From an uncultured Clostridia bacterium (GTDB taxonomy: Bacteria; Bacillota; Clostridia; Christensenellales; Aristaeellaceae): DNA of 32,000 nucleotides. Below, piece by piece: positions 14,558 through 23,749 of the stretch; positions within the stretch are counted from its first letter, which is position 1; each line of letters opens with the position of its first letter. The stretch lies in NCBI GenBank assembly GCA_934647235.1, contig CAKUFG010000016.1, positions 7,282-39,281 of the forward strand, written 5' to 3'. The position numbers and the translations under genes were made by a program. Under the pieces are notes generated by a model. That model saw nothing but the letters and a program-made list of their open reading frames with translations. It searched no databases and was not told where the DNA came from.

Positions 14558-15196
14558 ATGTCCGCAAAGAAGGACAATCTGCCCACGAATGTGGACGTCG
14601 ATCTGGAAAACGGCGGCACCATCAAATATGCCAACGAAGTTATCGCCATCATCGCCGGCGTGGCCGCCAGCGAAATTGACGGCATTGCCGGTATGTGCAC
14701 CAGCGGCGGTATTTCCGATATCATCGGCCGCAACCGCAATATCACCCGGGGCGTAAAGGTAGAGGTAGGCGGCGAGGAAGCCAGCGTAGAGCTGTACATC
14801 ATCGTCGAATACGGCTCGCCCATCCAAAAGGTTGCCTCCGACGTGCAGGAGAATGTGCGCAAGGCCATTGAAACCATGACCGGGCTGCATGTGGTCAACG
14901 TGGATGTGCATGTGCAGGGCGTCAGCTTTGAGCGCGAAAAGAAGGCTGTGCAGAGCGGCCTGGAATCCGCGCATCTGTCCAGCGAGGAAACCCGCCGCAT
15001 TGAGGAAGAAACCCGCCAGACCCTCAAGGGCGAAATGACCTGCGAGGATGAAATTCAGCCTGAAACGGACGGCCAGCCCGCTGCGGATGAAACCGAAGAC
15101 GCGCTGGACGGAACCGAAGCCGAGGATGTAAAGGCTGTGGAGCAGGACGAGGAAAAGCAGGACGAAGCGGCCGCTGCGGAGTCCGAAGAAAACTGA
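14558..15196 (+). CDS. Asp23/Gls24-family envelope stress response protein with acidic C-terminal tail
   Basis: IKYANEVIAIIAGVAASEIDGIAGM...VKVEVGGEEASVELYIIVEYGSPIQKVASDVQENVRKAIETMTGLHVVNVDVHVQGV is the Asp23 domain. ATG 14558 lies 8 nt after AAGGAGG (the track start GTG 14549 is inside the RBS). Confidence 0.9.
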   Translation: MSAKKDNLPTNVDVDLENGGTIKYANEVIAIIAGVAASEIDGIAGMCTSGGISDIIGRNRNITRGVKVEVGGEEASVELYIIVEYGSPIQKVASDVQENVRKAIETMTGLHVVNVDVHVQGVSFEREKKAVQSGLESAHLSSEETRRIEEETRQTLKGEMTCEDEIQPETDGQPAADETEDALDGTEAEDVKAVEQDEEKQDEAAAAESEEN

Positions 15197-15229
15197 TCCT
15201 CTCCGCGCGTTCTGAAAGGAGCGTAAAAA

Positions 15230-16006
15230 ATGAAAATGAAATTCTGGGATCGTATCATTCTGCGCATTGGCGCGGTGCTCACATTCCTGGGCGGCGTGCT
15301 TACCGCCGTGTGCGGCGCGATGATCTATGGCATGAACCTGGGCGAAGGCATTGTGATGCAGTCCATTCCGCTGGCGCTGATCTGCGCGGGCGTGGCAGTC
15401 GCCCTCATCAGCCTGTATAACCTGCTGATGCCGCGCCGCTATCACAACGGCCGCCATGCCTTTGTGGTGCAGCCTACCGAAATGGGCGAGCTGCGTATCG
15501 CCGTATCCGCCATTGAAAACCTGATCCTCAAGTGCGTGGAAACGCATAAAGAGGTCAAGGTGCAGGATATCGCCATCACCAACCGCCGCGGCGCGGTCAG
15601 CGTGCAGCTGCGCGTGACGATGGACAGCAATGTATCCATCCCGCATGCGGTGGAGCAGATTCAGACCCAGGTTAAGCGTTACCTGGCCGCCTCCTCGGGC
15701 ATCGAGGTGCGCGATATCAGCGTTTCCGTGGATCGCACGGAGGGCGAAGCCCGTCCCGTCCCCATGGAAAGCCTGGTGCTCAACAATGAAGAGCCTGCCG
15801 CCGAGCAGGAGGCCAAGAAGGAAAAGGTGCCCATGCACCAGCGCATCTTTGGCCGCGATACCACCAAAACCGAGGCCGAGCAGGTGATGGAGGCGGAGGA
15901 GATTACCCCGCCCGAAGAGCCAGAGAAGCCCGCCGAGGAAGCAGCCGAGCCTGCCCAGGAGCCTGACGGGCAGGAGGCCGAAAAGGAGGCGGAGGAGCAT
16001 GAATAA
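15230..16006 (+). CDS. amaP: alkaline shock response membrane anchor protein AmaP
   Basis: Two N-terminal TMs followed by LRIAVSAIENLILKCVETHKEVKVQDIAITNRRGAVSVQLRVTMDSNVSIPHAVEQIQTQVKRYL. Conserved position directly after asp23. Glu/Pro-rich tail. Confidence 0.8.
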   Translation: MKMKFWDRIILRIGAVLTFLGGVLTAVCGAMIYGMNLGEGIVMQSIPLALICAGVAVALISLYNLLMPRRYHNGRHAFVVQPTEMGELRIAVSAIENLILKCVETHKEVKVQDIAITNRRGAVSVQLRVTMDSNVSIPHAVEQIQTQVKRYLAASSGIEVRDISVSVDRTEGEARPVPMESLVLNNEEPAAEQEAKKEKVPMHQRIFGRDTTKTEAEQVMEAEEITPPEEPEKPAEEAAEPAQEPDGQEAEKEAEEHE

Positions 16007-16283
16007 GCTGTCTTCCGCCATCAAGGAAATCTTTACGCCCGGTACGCCGCTGTGCGCGCTGGCATATGCGGCGCTGGGCGTCATCCTGGCGGCGCTGCTG
16101 CTGACCATCGGCTTCTGGCGCACGCTGTTTATCGCCGTGTTCGCGGCCCTTGGCGCGCTGGCCGGCGGCATTGGCAACAAGCGCGACGCGGTGCGCGCCG
16201 CCATCAACCGTTCCTTCCCGCCCAAGGATAAGCCCTTGGATATCGAGCAGGATACGCAGGACAAAACGAATAAGCCCGAATAA
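15999..16283 (+). CDS. DUF2273-type small integral membrane protein (asp23 operon member)
   Basis: 94 aa with two TMs (LCALAYAALGVILAALLLTIGFWRTLFIAVFAALGALAGGI). 8-nt overlap with amaP, and typical asp23-amaP-DUF2273 synteny. Confidence 0.75.
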   Translation: MNKLSSAIKEIFTPGTPLCALAYAALGVILAALLLTIGFWRTLFIAVFAALGALAGGIGNKRDAVRAAINRSFPPKDKPLDIEQDTQDKTNKPE

Positions 16284-16311
16284 TCGGGCGTAAATACGGG
16301 GGATACCAGCT

Positions 16312-16782
16312 ATGGCGCGTTCAGCAGCCCGCGCGGCGGCAATGCAGCTTGTGTACGAAAACCTGATGGGCGGCAGCGGCGAGGATACGCTGGGCGCGCT
16401 CATTGCCTTTACGCCCGAGGGCGACGATCAGGCGTATATCGACGCTACGGTCGCGGGCATTGAAAGCCACGCAGAGGAGCTGGACGCGCTGATTGCGCGC
16501 TACAGCACCTCCCGTGAGCTGGCGCGCATCGCGCGCGTGGATCTGTGCATCCTGCGCCTGGCACTGTATGAGATGAAGTACAGCCGCGAAGTGGCCGAGT
16601 CCATCGCTATCAACGAGGCGGTGGAGCTGGCCAAGCGCTTCAGCGAGCCTGCCAGCGCCCGCTTTATCAACGGCATGCTGGGCGCGATTTCGCGCGGCGA
16701 GCAGCCCGAAAGCAAAAAAGATCAGCCCGCCTCCAAGCCCGAGCAAAAGGCGGACGAGGACGGAGAAAAGCAGGATTCATGA
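16312..16782 (+). CDS. nusB: transcription antitermination factor NusB
   Basis: ARSAARAAAMQLVYE..., RIARVDLCILRLALYEM, AINEAVELAKRFSEPASARFINGMLG. Extra charged C-terminal tail. Confidence 0.92.
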   Translation: MARSAARAAAMQLVYENLMGGSGEDTLGALIAFTPEGDDQAYIDATVAGIESHAEELDALIARYSTSRELARIARVDLCILRLALYEMKYSREVAESIAINEAVELAKRFSEPASARFINGMLGAISRGEQPESKKDQPASKPEQKADEDGEKQDS

Positions 16783-17723
16783 TTGTCCTGGGCATCGATA
16801 CCAGCTGCTACACCACCTCGGTGGCGGCAGCGGATGAAAATGGCGTGCTTGCATCCAATCGGCAGCTTCTGCCCGTGCAAGCAGGCGCGCGCGGCCTTCG
16901 CCAAAGCGAGGCCGTTTTTGCGCATATAAGGCAGCTTCCGGCGCTGTATGAAAAGACGCTGGCGGAGATTGGCGGCCGCCGTCCGGATGCGGTTTGCGTG
17001 TCCGCCCATCCCAGGGACGACGAAACCTCCTACATGCCGGTGTTCCTGTCCGGCCTGTCCTTTGCGCGCGTGGCGGCGGCGTCCTTTCAGGCGCCGCTGC
17101 TTACGACCACGCATCAGCGCGGCCATGTGCGCGCGGCGCTGGAGGACAGCGGCCTGACGGCCAGCCCGTACCTGGCGCTGCACCTATCAGGCGGCACTAC
17201 AGAGGTGCTGCTGATGGACAGGGAGGATCGGCTGACGCTGCTGGCCGGTACGCGCGATCTGCACGCCGGGCAGCTGATTGACCGTGTGGGCGTGGCGCTG
17301 GGCCTGCCCTTTCCCGCCGGGCCAAGCCTTGAAAGGCTGGCCATGACGGGCGCGGCGCAGTCCCTGCTTCCTGTCAGCATGGAGGATGGAGACTGCCATT
17401 TTTCGGGCGCGGAGGCGCGCGCCATGCAGTGGATTCAGGCGGGCGATATGCCTGCGCCGCAAATCGCGGCCGAGGTGTTCAGCCTGGTGGAGCGCACGGT
17501 GCTTCGCCTGCTGACCGCCGCAGCCGATAAAACCGGCGTGCGCGACGCGCTGCTGACGGGCGGCGTGGCTTCTTCGCAGCTGTTCCGCGATCAGATCTGC
17601 GCGATCAGCCAGAAGCGCAGGCTGGGGCTGCGCCTGTACTTTGGCCAGCGCCAGTACGCTGGCGATAACGCGGCGGGCGTGGCGCTGATTGGCCGCGACC
17701 GGATGATGAAGGAGAAGCTATGA
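16779..17723 (+). CDS. Kae1/TsaD-family (glycoprotease/peptidase M22, ASKHA fold) paralogue
   Basis: MIVLGIDTSCYTT (compare LGIETSCDET), THQRGH (compare HHMEGH), LSGGTTEV, LGLPFPAGPSLERLA, TGGVASS, GDNAAGVA. ATGA start/stop overlaps with nusB and with folD. Confidence 0.75.
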   Translation: MIVLGIDTSCYTTSVAAADENGVLASNRQLLPVQAGARGLRQSEAVFAHIRQLPALYEKTLAEIGGRRPDAVCVSAHPRDDETSYMPVFLSGLSFARVAAASFQAPLLTTTHQRGHVRAALEDSGLTASPYLALHLSGGTTEVLLMDREDRLTLLAGTRDLHAGQLIDRVGVALGLPFPAGPSLERLAMTGAAQSLLPVSMEDGDCHFSGAEARAMQWIQAGDMPAPQIAAEVFSLVERTVLRLLTAAADKTGVRDALLTGGVASSQLFRDQICAISQKRRLGLRLYFGQRQYAGDNAAGVALIGRDRMMKEKL

Positions 17724-18568
17724 GCGCAATCATTTTGAGCGGCAAGGAGCTGGCCGCGCAGCTGGAAACGGCGCAGGCGCAGCGCGTGCGCGAGCTGCAG
17801 GCGCGCGGCGTTTCGCCAAAGCTCGCCGTGGTGATGGCGGGGGACAACCCGGCCAGCGCCATTTATGTGCGCAATAAAGCCCGCGCATGCGAGCGGCTGG
17901 GCATTTTGTCCGATACCATCCATCTGCCGCAGACGGTTTCACAGCAGGAGCTGCTGCGCGTGATCGACGGCCTGAACGCCGATCCCACAGTGCACGGTAT
18001 CCTGATTCAGCTGCCGCTGCCGGAGCACCTGGATGAGGACGCGGCGCTGCTGCGCGTGGATCCAGCCAAGGATGTGGACGGCTTTCATCTGTATAACGCC
18101 GGGCGCTTGCTGCGCGGCGAGGATGGCATGCGTCCCTGCACGCCGCAGGGCATTGTGCGCCTGCTTAAAAGCGCTGGTATTGCGCTGGACGGCGCGCGTG
18201 CGGCGGTCATTGGCCGCTCCAATATTGTGGGCAAGCCTGCCGCACTGATGCTGACGCAGGAAAACTGCACCGTTACCCTGTGCCACTCGCATACGCGCGA
18301 TTTGGCACAGATCACCCGTCAGGCTGATATTCTGGTGGCTGCGGTGGGCAAGCCGCGCTTTGTGACGGCGGATATGGTCAAGCCCGGCGCGGCGGTGATC
18401 GATGTGGGCATCAACCGTGTGGACGGCAAGGTGGTGGGCGATGTGGACTTTGACGCGGTATCCGCCGTGGCGGGCTTCATTACGCCTGTGCCTGGCGGCG
18501 TTGGCCCCATGACGGTCAGCATGCTGATGGAAAATACCCTGGAGGCCGCATGGAAGGCATCACGCTGA
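17720..18568 (+). CDS. folD: bifunctional methylenetetrahydrofolate dehydrogenase/methenyl-THF cyclohydrolase
   Basis: PKLAVVMAGDNPASAIYVRNKARACE, HGILIQLPLPEH, DVDGFH, VIGRSNIVGKP, PVPGGVGPMT. Confidence 0.95.
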   Translation: MSAIILSGKELAAQLETAQAQRVRELQARGVSPKLAVVMAGDNPASAIYVRNKARACERLGILSDTIHLPQTVSQQELLRVIDGLNADPTVHGILIQLPLPEHLDEDAALLRVDPAKDVDGFHLYNAGRLLRGEDGMRPCTPQGIVRLLKSAGIALDGARAAVIGRSNIVGKPAALMLTQENCTVTLCHSHTRDLAQITRQADILVAAVGKPRFVTADMVKPGAAVIDVGINRVDGKVVGDVDFDAVSAVAGFITPVPGGVGPMTVSMLMENTLEAAWKASR

Positions 18569-19782
18569 CGGTATCGCAGCTGAACGATTATGTGCGCAGG
18601 CTGCTGGCCAGCGATCCCATCGTGCAGCATATCACCCTGCGCGGGGAGATCAGCAATTTCAAGCCTTATGCCTCGGGGCATTGGTACTTCACGCTCAAGG
18701 ATGATACCGGCCGCATTGACTGCGCACTGTTTCGCCAGTATACCTTCGGCGTGCCCTTCATGCCGCAGGATGGCATGCGCGTGCTGGTAACGGGCTCTGC
18801 CGGCCTGTATGTGCAGGGCGGCAAGTTTCAGTTTTACGCCGACGGCATGACGCAGGACGGCGTGGGCGATCTGTATCGCCGCTATCTGGAGCTGAAGGAG
18901 CGCTTGACGGCGGAGGGGCTGTTCGACGCCTCTCGCAAGCGTCCGCTGCCGCTGCTGCCGCGCGCGGTGGGCATCGTTACCTCCGAGTCCGGCGCGGTGC
19001 AGCATGATATCCGCACGGTAGCCGGGCGGCGCTTTCCGGGACTTCCGCTGGTGCTGCGCCCGGCGCAGGTGCAGGGGGACGGCGCGGCGCAGGATATCGT
19101 GCGCGGCATCGAGCAGCTATCCCGCTGCAAGGATATCGATGTCATCATCGTGGGGCGCGGCGGCGGTTCGCTGGAGGATCTGTGGGCTTTTAACGAAGAA
19201 ATCGTCGTGCGCGCGGTGGCTGCCTGTCCGGTGCCTGTGATATCGGCTGTCGGCCATGAAACGGACACCACGCTGTGCGATTTTGCTGCCGATATGCGTG
19301 CGCCTACGCCCTCTGCCGCGGCAGAGCTGGCCGTGCCGGAGTCAGCGGCGCTGCGGGATACCGTAGGCGATTTGCTGCGCGCTATGGATCAGGCCGCCGC
19401 GCATACGCTGCTGGAAAAGGATCGCGCGCTGGCGCGGCTGGAGCAGCGGCTCTCGGCGCGGGAGCCCTTATCCTATGTGCGGGAAATGACGCTTCGTACC
19501 CGGCATCTGCAGGAGCGGCTTGCCGCTGCGCTGGATAAGCGGCTGACGCTGCTGTCGGGCAGGCTCAGTCAGGCGCAGGAGCATCTGCGCGCCGTCGGGC
19601 CGCAGGCCGTGCTGGGCCGCGGCTATACCATCGCCCTGCGCAAGGGGCAGGCCGTCGCCTCGGCCAGCCAGGCGAGCGGCGATATGACGCTGATATTCAG
19701 GGATGGCCGCGCCAGCGTGCGCGTGCAGTCCGTTTGGGAGGGGGATCCTTTTGCCAACGAAGAAGGAAAAGCAAACCTTTGA
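18550..19782 (+). CDS. xseA: exodeoxyribonuclease VII large subunit
   Basis: LTVSQLNDYVRRLL..., OB-fold region GEISNFKPYASGHWYFTLKD, GIVTSESGAVQHDI, IIVGRGGGSLEDLWAFNEE, ISAVGHETD. Confidence 0.93.
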   Translation: MEGITLTVSQLNDYVRRLLASDPIVQHITLRGEISNFKPYASGHWYFTLKDDTGRIDCALFRQYTFGVPFMPQDGMRVLVTGSAGLYVQGGKFQFYADGMTQDGVGDLYRRYLELKERLTAEGLFDASRKRPLPLLPRAVGIVTSESGAVQHDIRTVAGRRFPGLPLVLRPAQVQGDGAAQDIVRGIEQLSRCKDIDVIIVGRGGGSLEDLWAFNEEIVVRAVAACPVPVISAVGHETDTTLCDFAADMRAPTPSAAAELAVPESAALRDTVGDLLRAMDQAAAHTLLEKDRALARLEQRLSAREPLSYVREMTLRTRHLQERLAAALDKRLTLLSGRLSQAQEHLRAVGPQAVLGRGYTIALRKGQAVASASQASGDMTLIFRDGRASVRVQSVWEGDPFANEEGKANL

Positions 19783-19975
19783 GGAGCGCCTGGGCGCGCT
19801 GGAGGAGCTGGTAAACCGCATGGAGGCGGGCGGCATGACGCTGGCCGATACCCTCAAAGCCTATGAATCGGGCGTAAAGCTGTCCGAAAGCCTGAAAAAG
19901 GATCTGACGGCGGCACAGGAGCGCTTGACCATCCTGCGCGGCGGCGAGCCTGCGGAAGGTCCGGAGGAAGCATGA
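19751..19975 (+). CDS. xseB: exodeoxyribonuclease VII small subunit
   Basis: TFEERLGALEELVNRMEAGGMTLADTLKAYESGVKLSESLKKDLTAAQERL. Start taken at TTG 19751, just after GGGAGGGGG, rather than the track start at 19703, which lies deep inside xseA. Confidence 0.8.
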   Translation: MPTKKEKQTFEERLGALEELVNRMEAGGMTLADTLKAYESGVKLSESLKKDLTAAQERLTILRGGEPAEGPEEA

Positions 19976-20838
19976 ACTATAACGATCAATATGCCTATTA
20001 TCGCCGCGCGGTAGAGGAAACACTGCGCGACGCTGTGCCTGCCGACGTGCCCGATCCCCTGGGCGACGCCATGCGCTACAGCCTGCTGGCGGGAGGCAAG
20101 CGTCTGCGCCCTGTGCTGCTGCTGGCGGCCTATGCCATCCTGCAGCGCGATCTCACCCCGGCGCTGCCCTTTGCCGCGGCGGTGGAGATGGTGCATACCT
20201 ATTCGCTGATTCACGATGATCTGCCCGCGATGGACAACGACGATCTGCGGCGCGGCCGCCCCACCTGCCACAAGGTATATGGCGAGGGCATGGCGGTGCT
20301 GGCGGGGGACGGGCTGCTGTCCCTGGCCTTTGAAACCATGGCGCAAAGCAGGCATCCCCGCGCGCTTGCGGCGCTGGGCGAGCTGGCGGCGCGCTGCGGC
20401 ACGCGCGGCATGGTGGCCGGGCAGTGCGCCGATCTGACGGCTGAGGAAACGGGCGGAAATGCGGAGCTGCTGCGCTATATCCATCTGCATAAGACGGCCG
20501 ATCTGCTGACCGCGCCGCTGGCGATGGGCTTGACGCTGGCTGGGGCGGGAGAAGATCTGCTTGCGCAGGCGCGCGAATACGGCAAAAACCTGGGCATCGC
20601 TTTTCAGATTATCGACGATATTTTGGACGTTACGGGCGATGAAGCGACGCTGGGCAAGCATACCGGCAAGGATGCGCAGGAGCATAAATGCACCTGGGTG
20701 TCGCTCTACGGCCTGGATCAGGCGCGAAAGGACGCGAAAACCTATACTGAGCGGGCTGCAGACAGCATAAAAAACGATGAAAATGCAGCGATTTTCCTGA
20801 AAACCCTTGCGCAGCGCGCGCTTGTTCGCGTACAATAG
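19972..20838 (+). CDS. ispA: polyprenyl (farnesyl/geranylgeranyl) diphosphate synthase
   Basis: First Asp-rich motif LIHDDLPAMDNDDLRRGRPT and second FQIIDDILD. ATGA overlap with xseB. Confidence 0.92.
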   Translation: MNYNDQYAYYRRAVEETLRDAVPADVPDPLGDAMRYSLLAGGKRLRPVLLLAAYAILQRDLTPALPFAAAVEMVHTYSLIHDDLPAMDNDDLRRGRPTCHKVYGEGMAVLAGDGLLSLAFETMAQSRHPRALAALGELAARCGTRGMVAGQCADLTAEETGGNAELLRYIHLHKTADLLTAPLAMGLTLAGAGEDLLAQAREYGKNLGIAFQIIDDILDVTGDEATLGKHTGKDAQEHKCTWVSLYGLDQARKDAKTYTERAADSIKNDENAAIFLKTLAQRALVRVQ

Positions 20839-20866
20839 AGAAGAATCGACAAGGAGGCTCGTTTTT

Positions 20867-21430
20867 ATGGCGATGGACAACTTTCTGGAAGAAGTGGCAA
20901 CCAAGCGCAATCGCGGCGCTGAAACGGTGATGTATGTGCTGGCGAACATCATGATGGTGGTGTTCGGCCTGTGGGCGTTTTTGATGCTGCAGGGCGTTAT
21001 GATGCTCATCAACGCCGGCGAGGGCGCGGGCCCCATCATCTATTATGTGGTTATGACGCTGCTGACGGGCGGCATCGCGGTGCTGCTGTTCCTGCGCCGC
21101 GACCGCATCCGCACCGAGTATGAATATACCTTCACCAACGGCCAGATGGACTTTGCGCAGGTGTTTAACAACAAAAAACGCAGGAACCTGGGCACCATGA
21201 ACCTGAAAAACGTGGAAGCCCTGGGACTGGTCAATTCCGGCTCCTTCAACCGCTATATCAATATGAAGGGCATCAAGCGCGACAACTGGTTTGTCAACCG
21301 CGATGCGCAGCTGTTCTACTTCTATTTCTCCAAGGATTCGGTCAAGCGTATCATCATCATCGAGGTCAGCGATGAAATGCTGGCCCTGATCAAGCGCTAC
21401 GCCGCGCCGGGAGCTTATCAGGTGAACTGA
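20867..21430 (+). CDS. two-TM membrane protein of unknown function with soluble C-terminal domain
   Basis: AAGGAGG lies 9 nt before ATG 20867. TMs are VMYVLANIMMVVFGLWAFLML and IIYYVVMTLLTGGIAVLLFL, followed by EYEYTFTNGQMDFAQVF...IIIIEVSDEMLALIKRY. No recognisable catalytic motif. Confidence 0.7.
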   Translation: MAMDNFLEEVATKRNRGAETVMYVLANIMMVVFGLWAFLMLQGVMMLINAGEGAGPIIYYVVMTLLTGGIAVLLFLRRDRIRTEYEYTFTNGQMDFAQVFNNKKRRNLGTMNLKNVEALGLVNSGSFNRYINMKGIKRDNWFVNRDAQLFYFYFSKDSVKRIIIIEVSDEMLALIKRYAAPGAYQVN

Positions 21431-21434
21431 AGCC

Positions 21435-22577
21435 ATGATCTGCTATCTGGATAACAGCGCCACCACCCGCCCCACCGAGGCCGTGGCGGACGCGATGCGC
21501 CAATGCATGCTGGAGGGGTTTTATAATCCCTCCGCACTTTATGCTCCGGCGGTAGACTCCGAAAAGCGGCTGACAGCCTGCCGCGAGGCCATTGCGCGCG
21601 AGCTGCACGCCGATCCCGCCCGGGTGGTGTTCACCTCCGGCGGCACTGAGGCTGACAACCTGGCCATCTTTGGCAGTATGTCCATGCAGCGCGGCGGGCG
21701 CGTGCTTTATACTGCGGGCGAGCATCCTGCCGTGGCCGCGCCCTGCGAAAGCCTGAAGGGCGCGTTCGACGTGCAGCAGATTCCCTATGACGCGGCGGGC
21801 GTGGTGCGCCTGGACGCGCTGGAGGAATTGCTGACCCCCGATACGCGGCTTATCTGCGTGATGCAGGTAAACAACGAATCGGGCGCGGTGATGCCCCTGC
21901 GCGAGATTGCGCAGCTGCGCGACCGGCTGTGCCCGCAGGCCATGCTGCATGTGGACGGCGTGCAGGGCTTTATGCGTCTGCCGCTTGATATGCGCGCGCT
22001 GGGCATTGACAGCTACGCCCTGTCCGGGCATAAGATTCACGGCCCCAAGGGCATCGGCGCGCTGGTGATGGGCCCGCGCATGCGTGTGGCCGCGCGGATG
22101 CTGGGCGGCGGGCAGGAAAAGGCGCTGCGCTCGGGCACGGAAAACACGCCCGGCATCGCGGGCCTGCTGGCGGCGATTGAAACCTATCCGCGCGATAACA
22201 GCATGCGCGCGGTCAAGCTGCATCTGTATGAGCGGCTGCGCGGGATTGCGGGCGAAAATTTCCGTGTGAACGGGCCCGATCCCGCATCAGAGATCGCGGC
22301 CCCGCACATTCTCAATTGCTCGCTGGTGCCCGTGCGCTCCGAAACCATGCTTTACGCCCTGGAGGGCGATCAGGTATACGTGGCCAACGGCTCGGCCTGT
22401 TCCTCCCGCAAGCAAAAGCTGTCGCCTGTGCTGAGCGCCATGAACGTGCCGCGCAGGCAGGCGGAATCGGCCATCCGCTTTTCCATCTGCCCCTATACTA
22501 CCATGGAGCAGGTTGATTTTGCGGCAGACTGTATTGCCCGCCATTATGAAATGCTTAAACGCTACGAAAGAAGGTAA
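21435..22577 (+). CDS. cysteine desulfurase (NifS/IscS family, class V aminotransferase)
   Basis: YLDNSATTRP, FTSGGTEADNLAI, PLP-lysine block LSGHKIHGPKGIGAL, RSGTENTPGI, and the C-terminal SACSS active-site Cys loop. Confidence 0.9.
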   Translation: MICYLDNSATTRPTEAVADAMRQCMLEGFYNPSALYAPAVDSEKRLTACREAIARELHADPARVVFTSGGTEADNLAIFGSMSMQRGGRVLYTAGEHPAVAAPCESLKGAFDVQQIPYDAAGVVRLDALEELLTPDTRLICVMQVNNESGAVMPLREIAQLRDRLCPQAMLHVDGVQGFMRLPLDMRALGIDSYALSGHKIHGPKGIGALVMGPRMRVAARMLGGGQEKALRSGTENTPGIAGLLAAIETYPRDNSMRAVKLHLYERLRGIAGENFRVNGPDPASEIAAPHILNCSLVPVRSETMLYALEGDQVYVANGSACSSRKQKLSPVLSAMNVPRRQAESAIRFSICPYTTMEQVDFAADCIARHYEMLKRYERR

Positions 22578-22585
22578 GCCCTCCC

Positions 22586-23731
22586 ATGCGTCAGCTGATT
22601 CTGGTTCGCTACGGCGAAATTTATTTGAAGGGCCTCAACCGCCCTTATTTTATGCGCGCGCTGGTGTCGCGCGTCAGGCAGGCGGCGCGCTCCTTCGGCG
22701 GCCGCGTATGGCTGCATGACGCCCGTATTTTTATCAGCGATATGAACGATATGGACGGCTGCATGCAGGCTGTCAGCAAGGTGTTCGGCGTGCATTCGCT
22801 GTGCCCGGCGGTCGAAATGGAAAAGGGCGATTTTAACGCGATCTGCGATCAGGCGGTGCAGATGATGCAGGGCCTGCGCGGCTCCTTCAAGGTGGAGGCG
22901 CGCCGCGCGGATAAGCGCTATCCCATGACTTCGCCTGAAATCAATATGCAGATGGGCGGCTATATTCTGGAGCGCTGCCCCGACCTGCATGTGGATATCC
23001 ATACGCCCGAGCATGTGATGAACGTGGAAATCCGCGATATGGCGTATCTGTATGTGCGCGTGCTGGAGGCCGTGGGCGGCATGCCTGTGGGCACGGGCGG
23101 CAAGGCGACGCTGCTGCTTTCGGGCGGCATTGACAGCCCCGTGGCGGGCTACTGCATCGCCAAGCGCGGCGTGGAAATCAGCGCGGTGCATTTCCATTCC
23201 TATCCTTATACCAGTGAGCGCGCCAAGGAAAAGGTGATTTCGCTGGCCAGGCAGCTGTCCGCCTATTGCTGCGGGGTGAAGCTCTACATTGTCCCCTTTA
23301 CCGAGCCGCAGCTGCAGATCCATGAAAAGTGCCCCGAGGAATACGGCACGCTGGTGATGCGCCGGTTCATGATGCGCATTGCGGCCAGGATTGCCCGGCA
23401 GGAGGGCGCCAAGGCGCTGATTACCGGCGAAAGCCTGGGCCAGGTGGCCAGCCAGACGCTGGACGCGCTGTGCTGCACGGATGCTGTGGCCGGCATGCCG
23501 GTGTTCCGCCCGCTGATCGGCAATGATAAGATTGAGATCATTCACATTGCCGAAAAGATTGGCACCTATGAAACCAGCTGCCTGCCCTATGAGGACTGCT
23601 GCACCGTGTTTACGCCGCGCCATCCCTGCACCAGGCCCAAACTGGAGCATGTGGAGCGTGCCGAGGATGCGCTGGATATCGACGCGCTGGTGGATGCCGC
23701 CGTGGCGGGTACCGAGATGATTCAACTTTAA
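22586..23731 (+). CDS. thiI: tRNA 4-thiouridine(8) synthase ThiI
   Basis: ILVRYGEIYLKGLNR (N-terminal ferredoxin-like/THUMP region), PP-loop LLLSGGIDSPVAGY, ITGESLGQVASQT. Adjacent to the cysteine desulfurase gene. Confidence 0.92.
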   Translation: MRQLILVRYGEIYLKGLNRPYFMRALVSRVRQAARSFGGRVWLHDARIFISDMNDMDGCMQAVSKVFGVHSLCPAVEMEKGDFNAICDQAVQMMQGLRGSFKVEARRADKRYPMTSPEINMQMGGYILERCPDLHVDIHTPEHVMNVEIRDMAYLYVRVLEAVGGMPVGTGGKATLLLSGGIDSPVAGYCIAKRGVEISAVHFHSYPYTSERAKEKVISLARQLSAYCCGVKLYIVPFTEPQLQIHEKCPEEYGTLVMRRFMMRIAARIARQEGAKALITGESLGQVASQTLDALCCTDAVAGMPVFRPLIGNDKIEIIHIAEKIGTYETSCLPYEDCCTVFTPRHPCTRPKLEHVERAEDALDIDALVDAAVAGTEMIQL

Positions 23732-23749
23732 GGAAGGGTTTGTTTTTTT

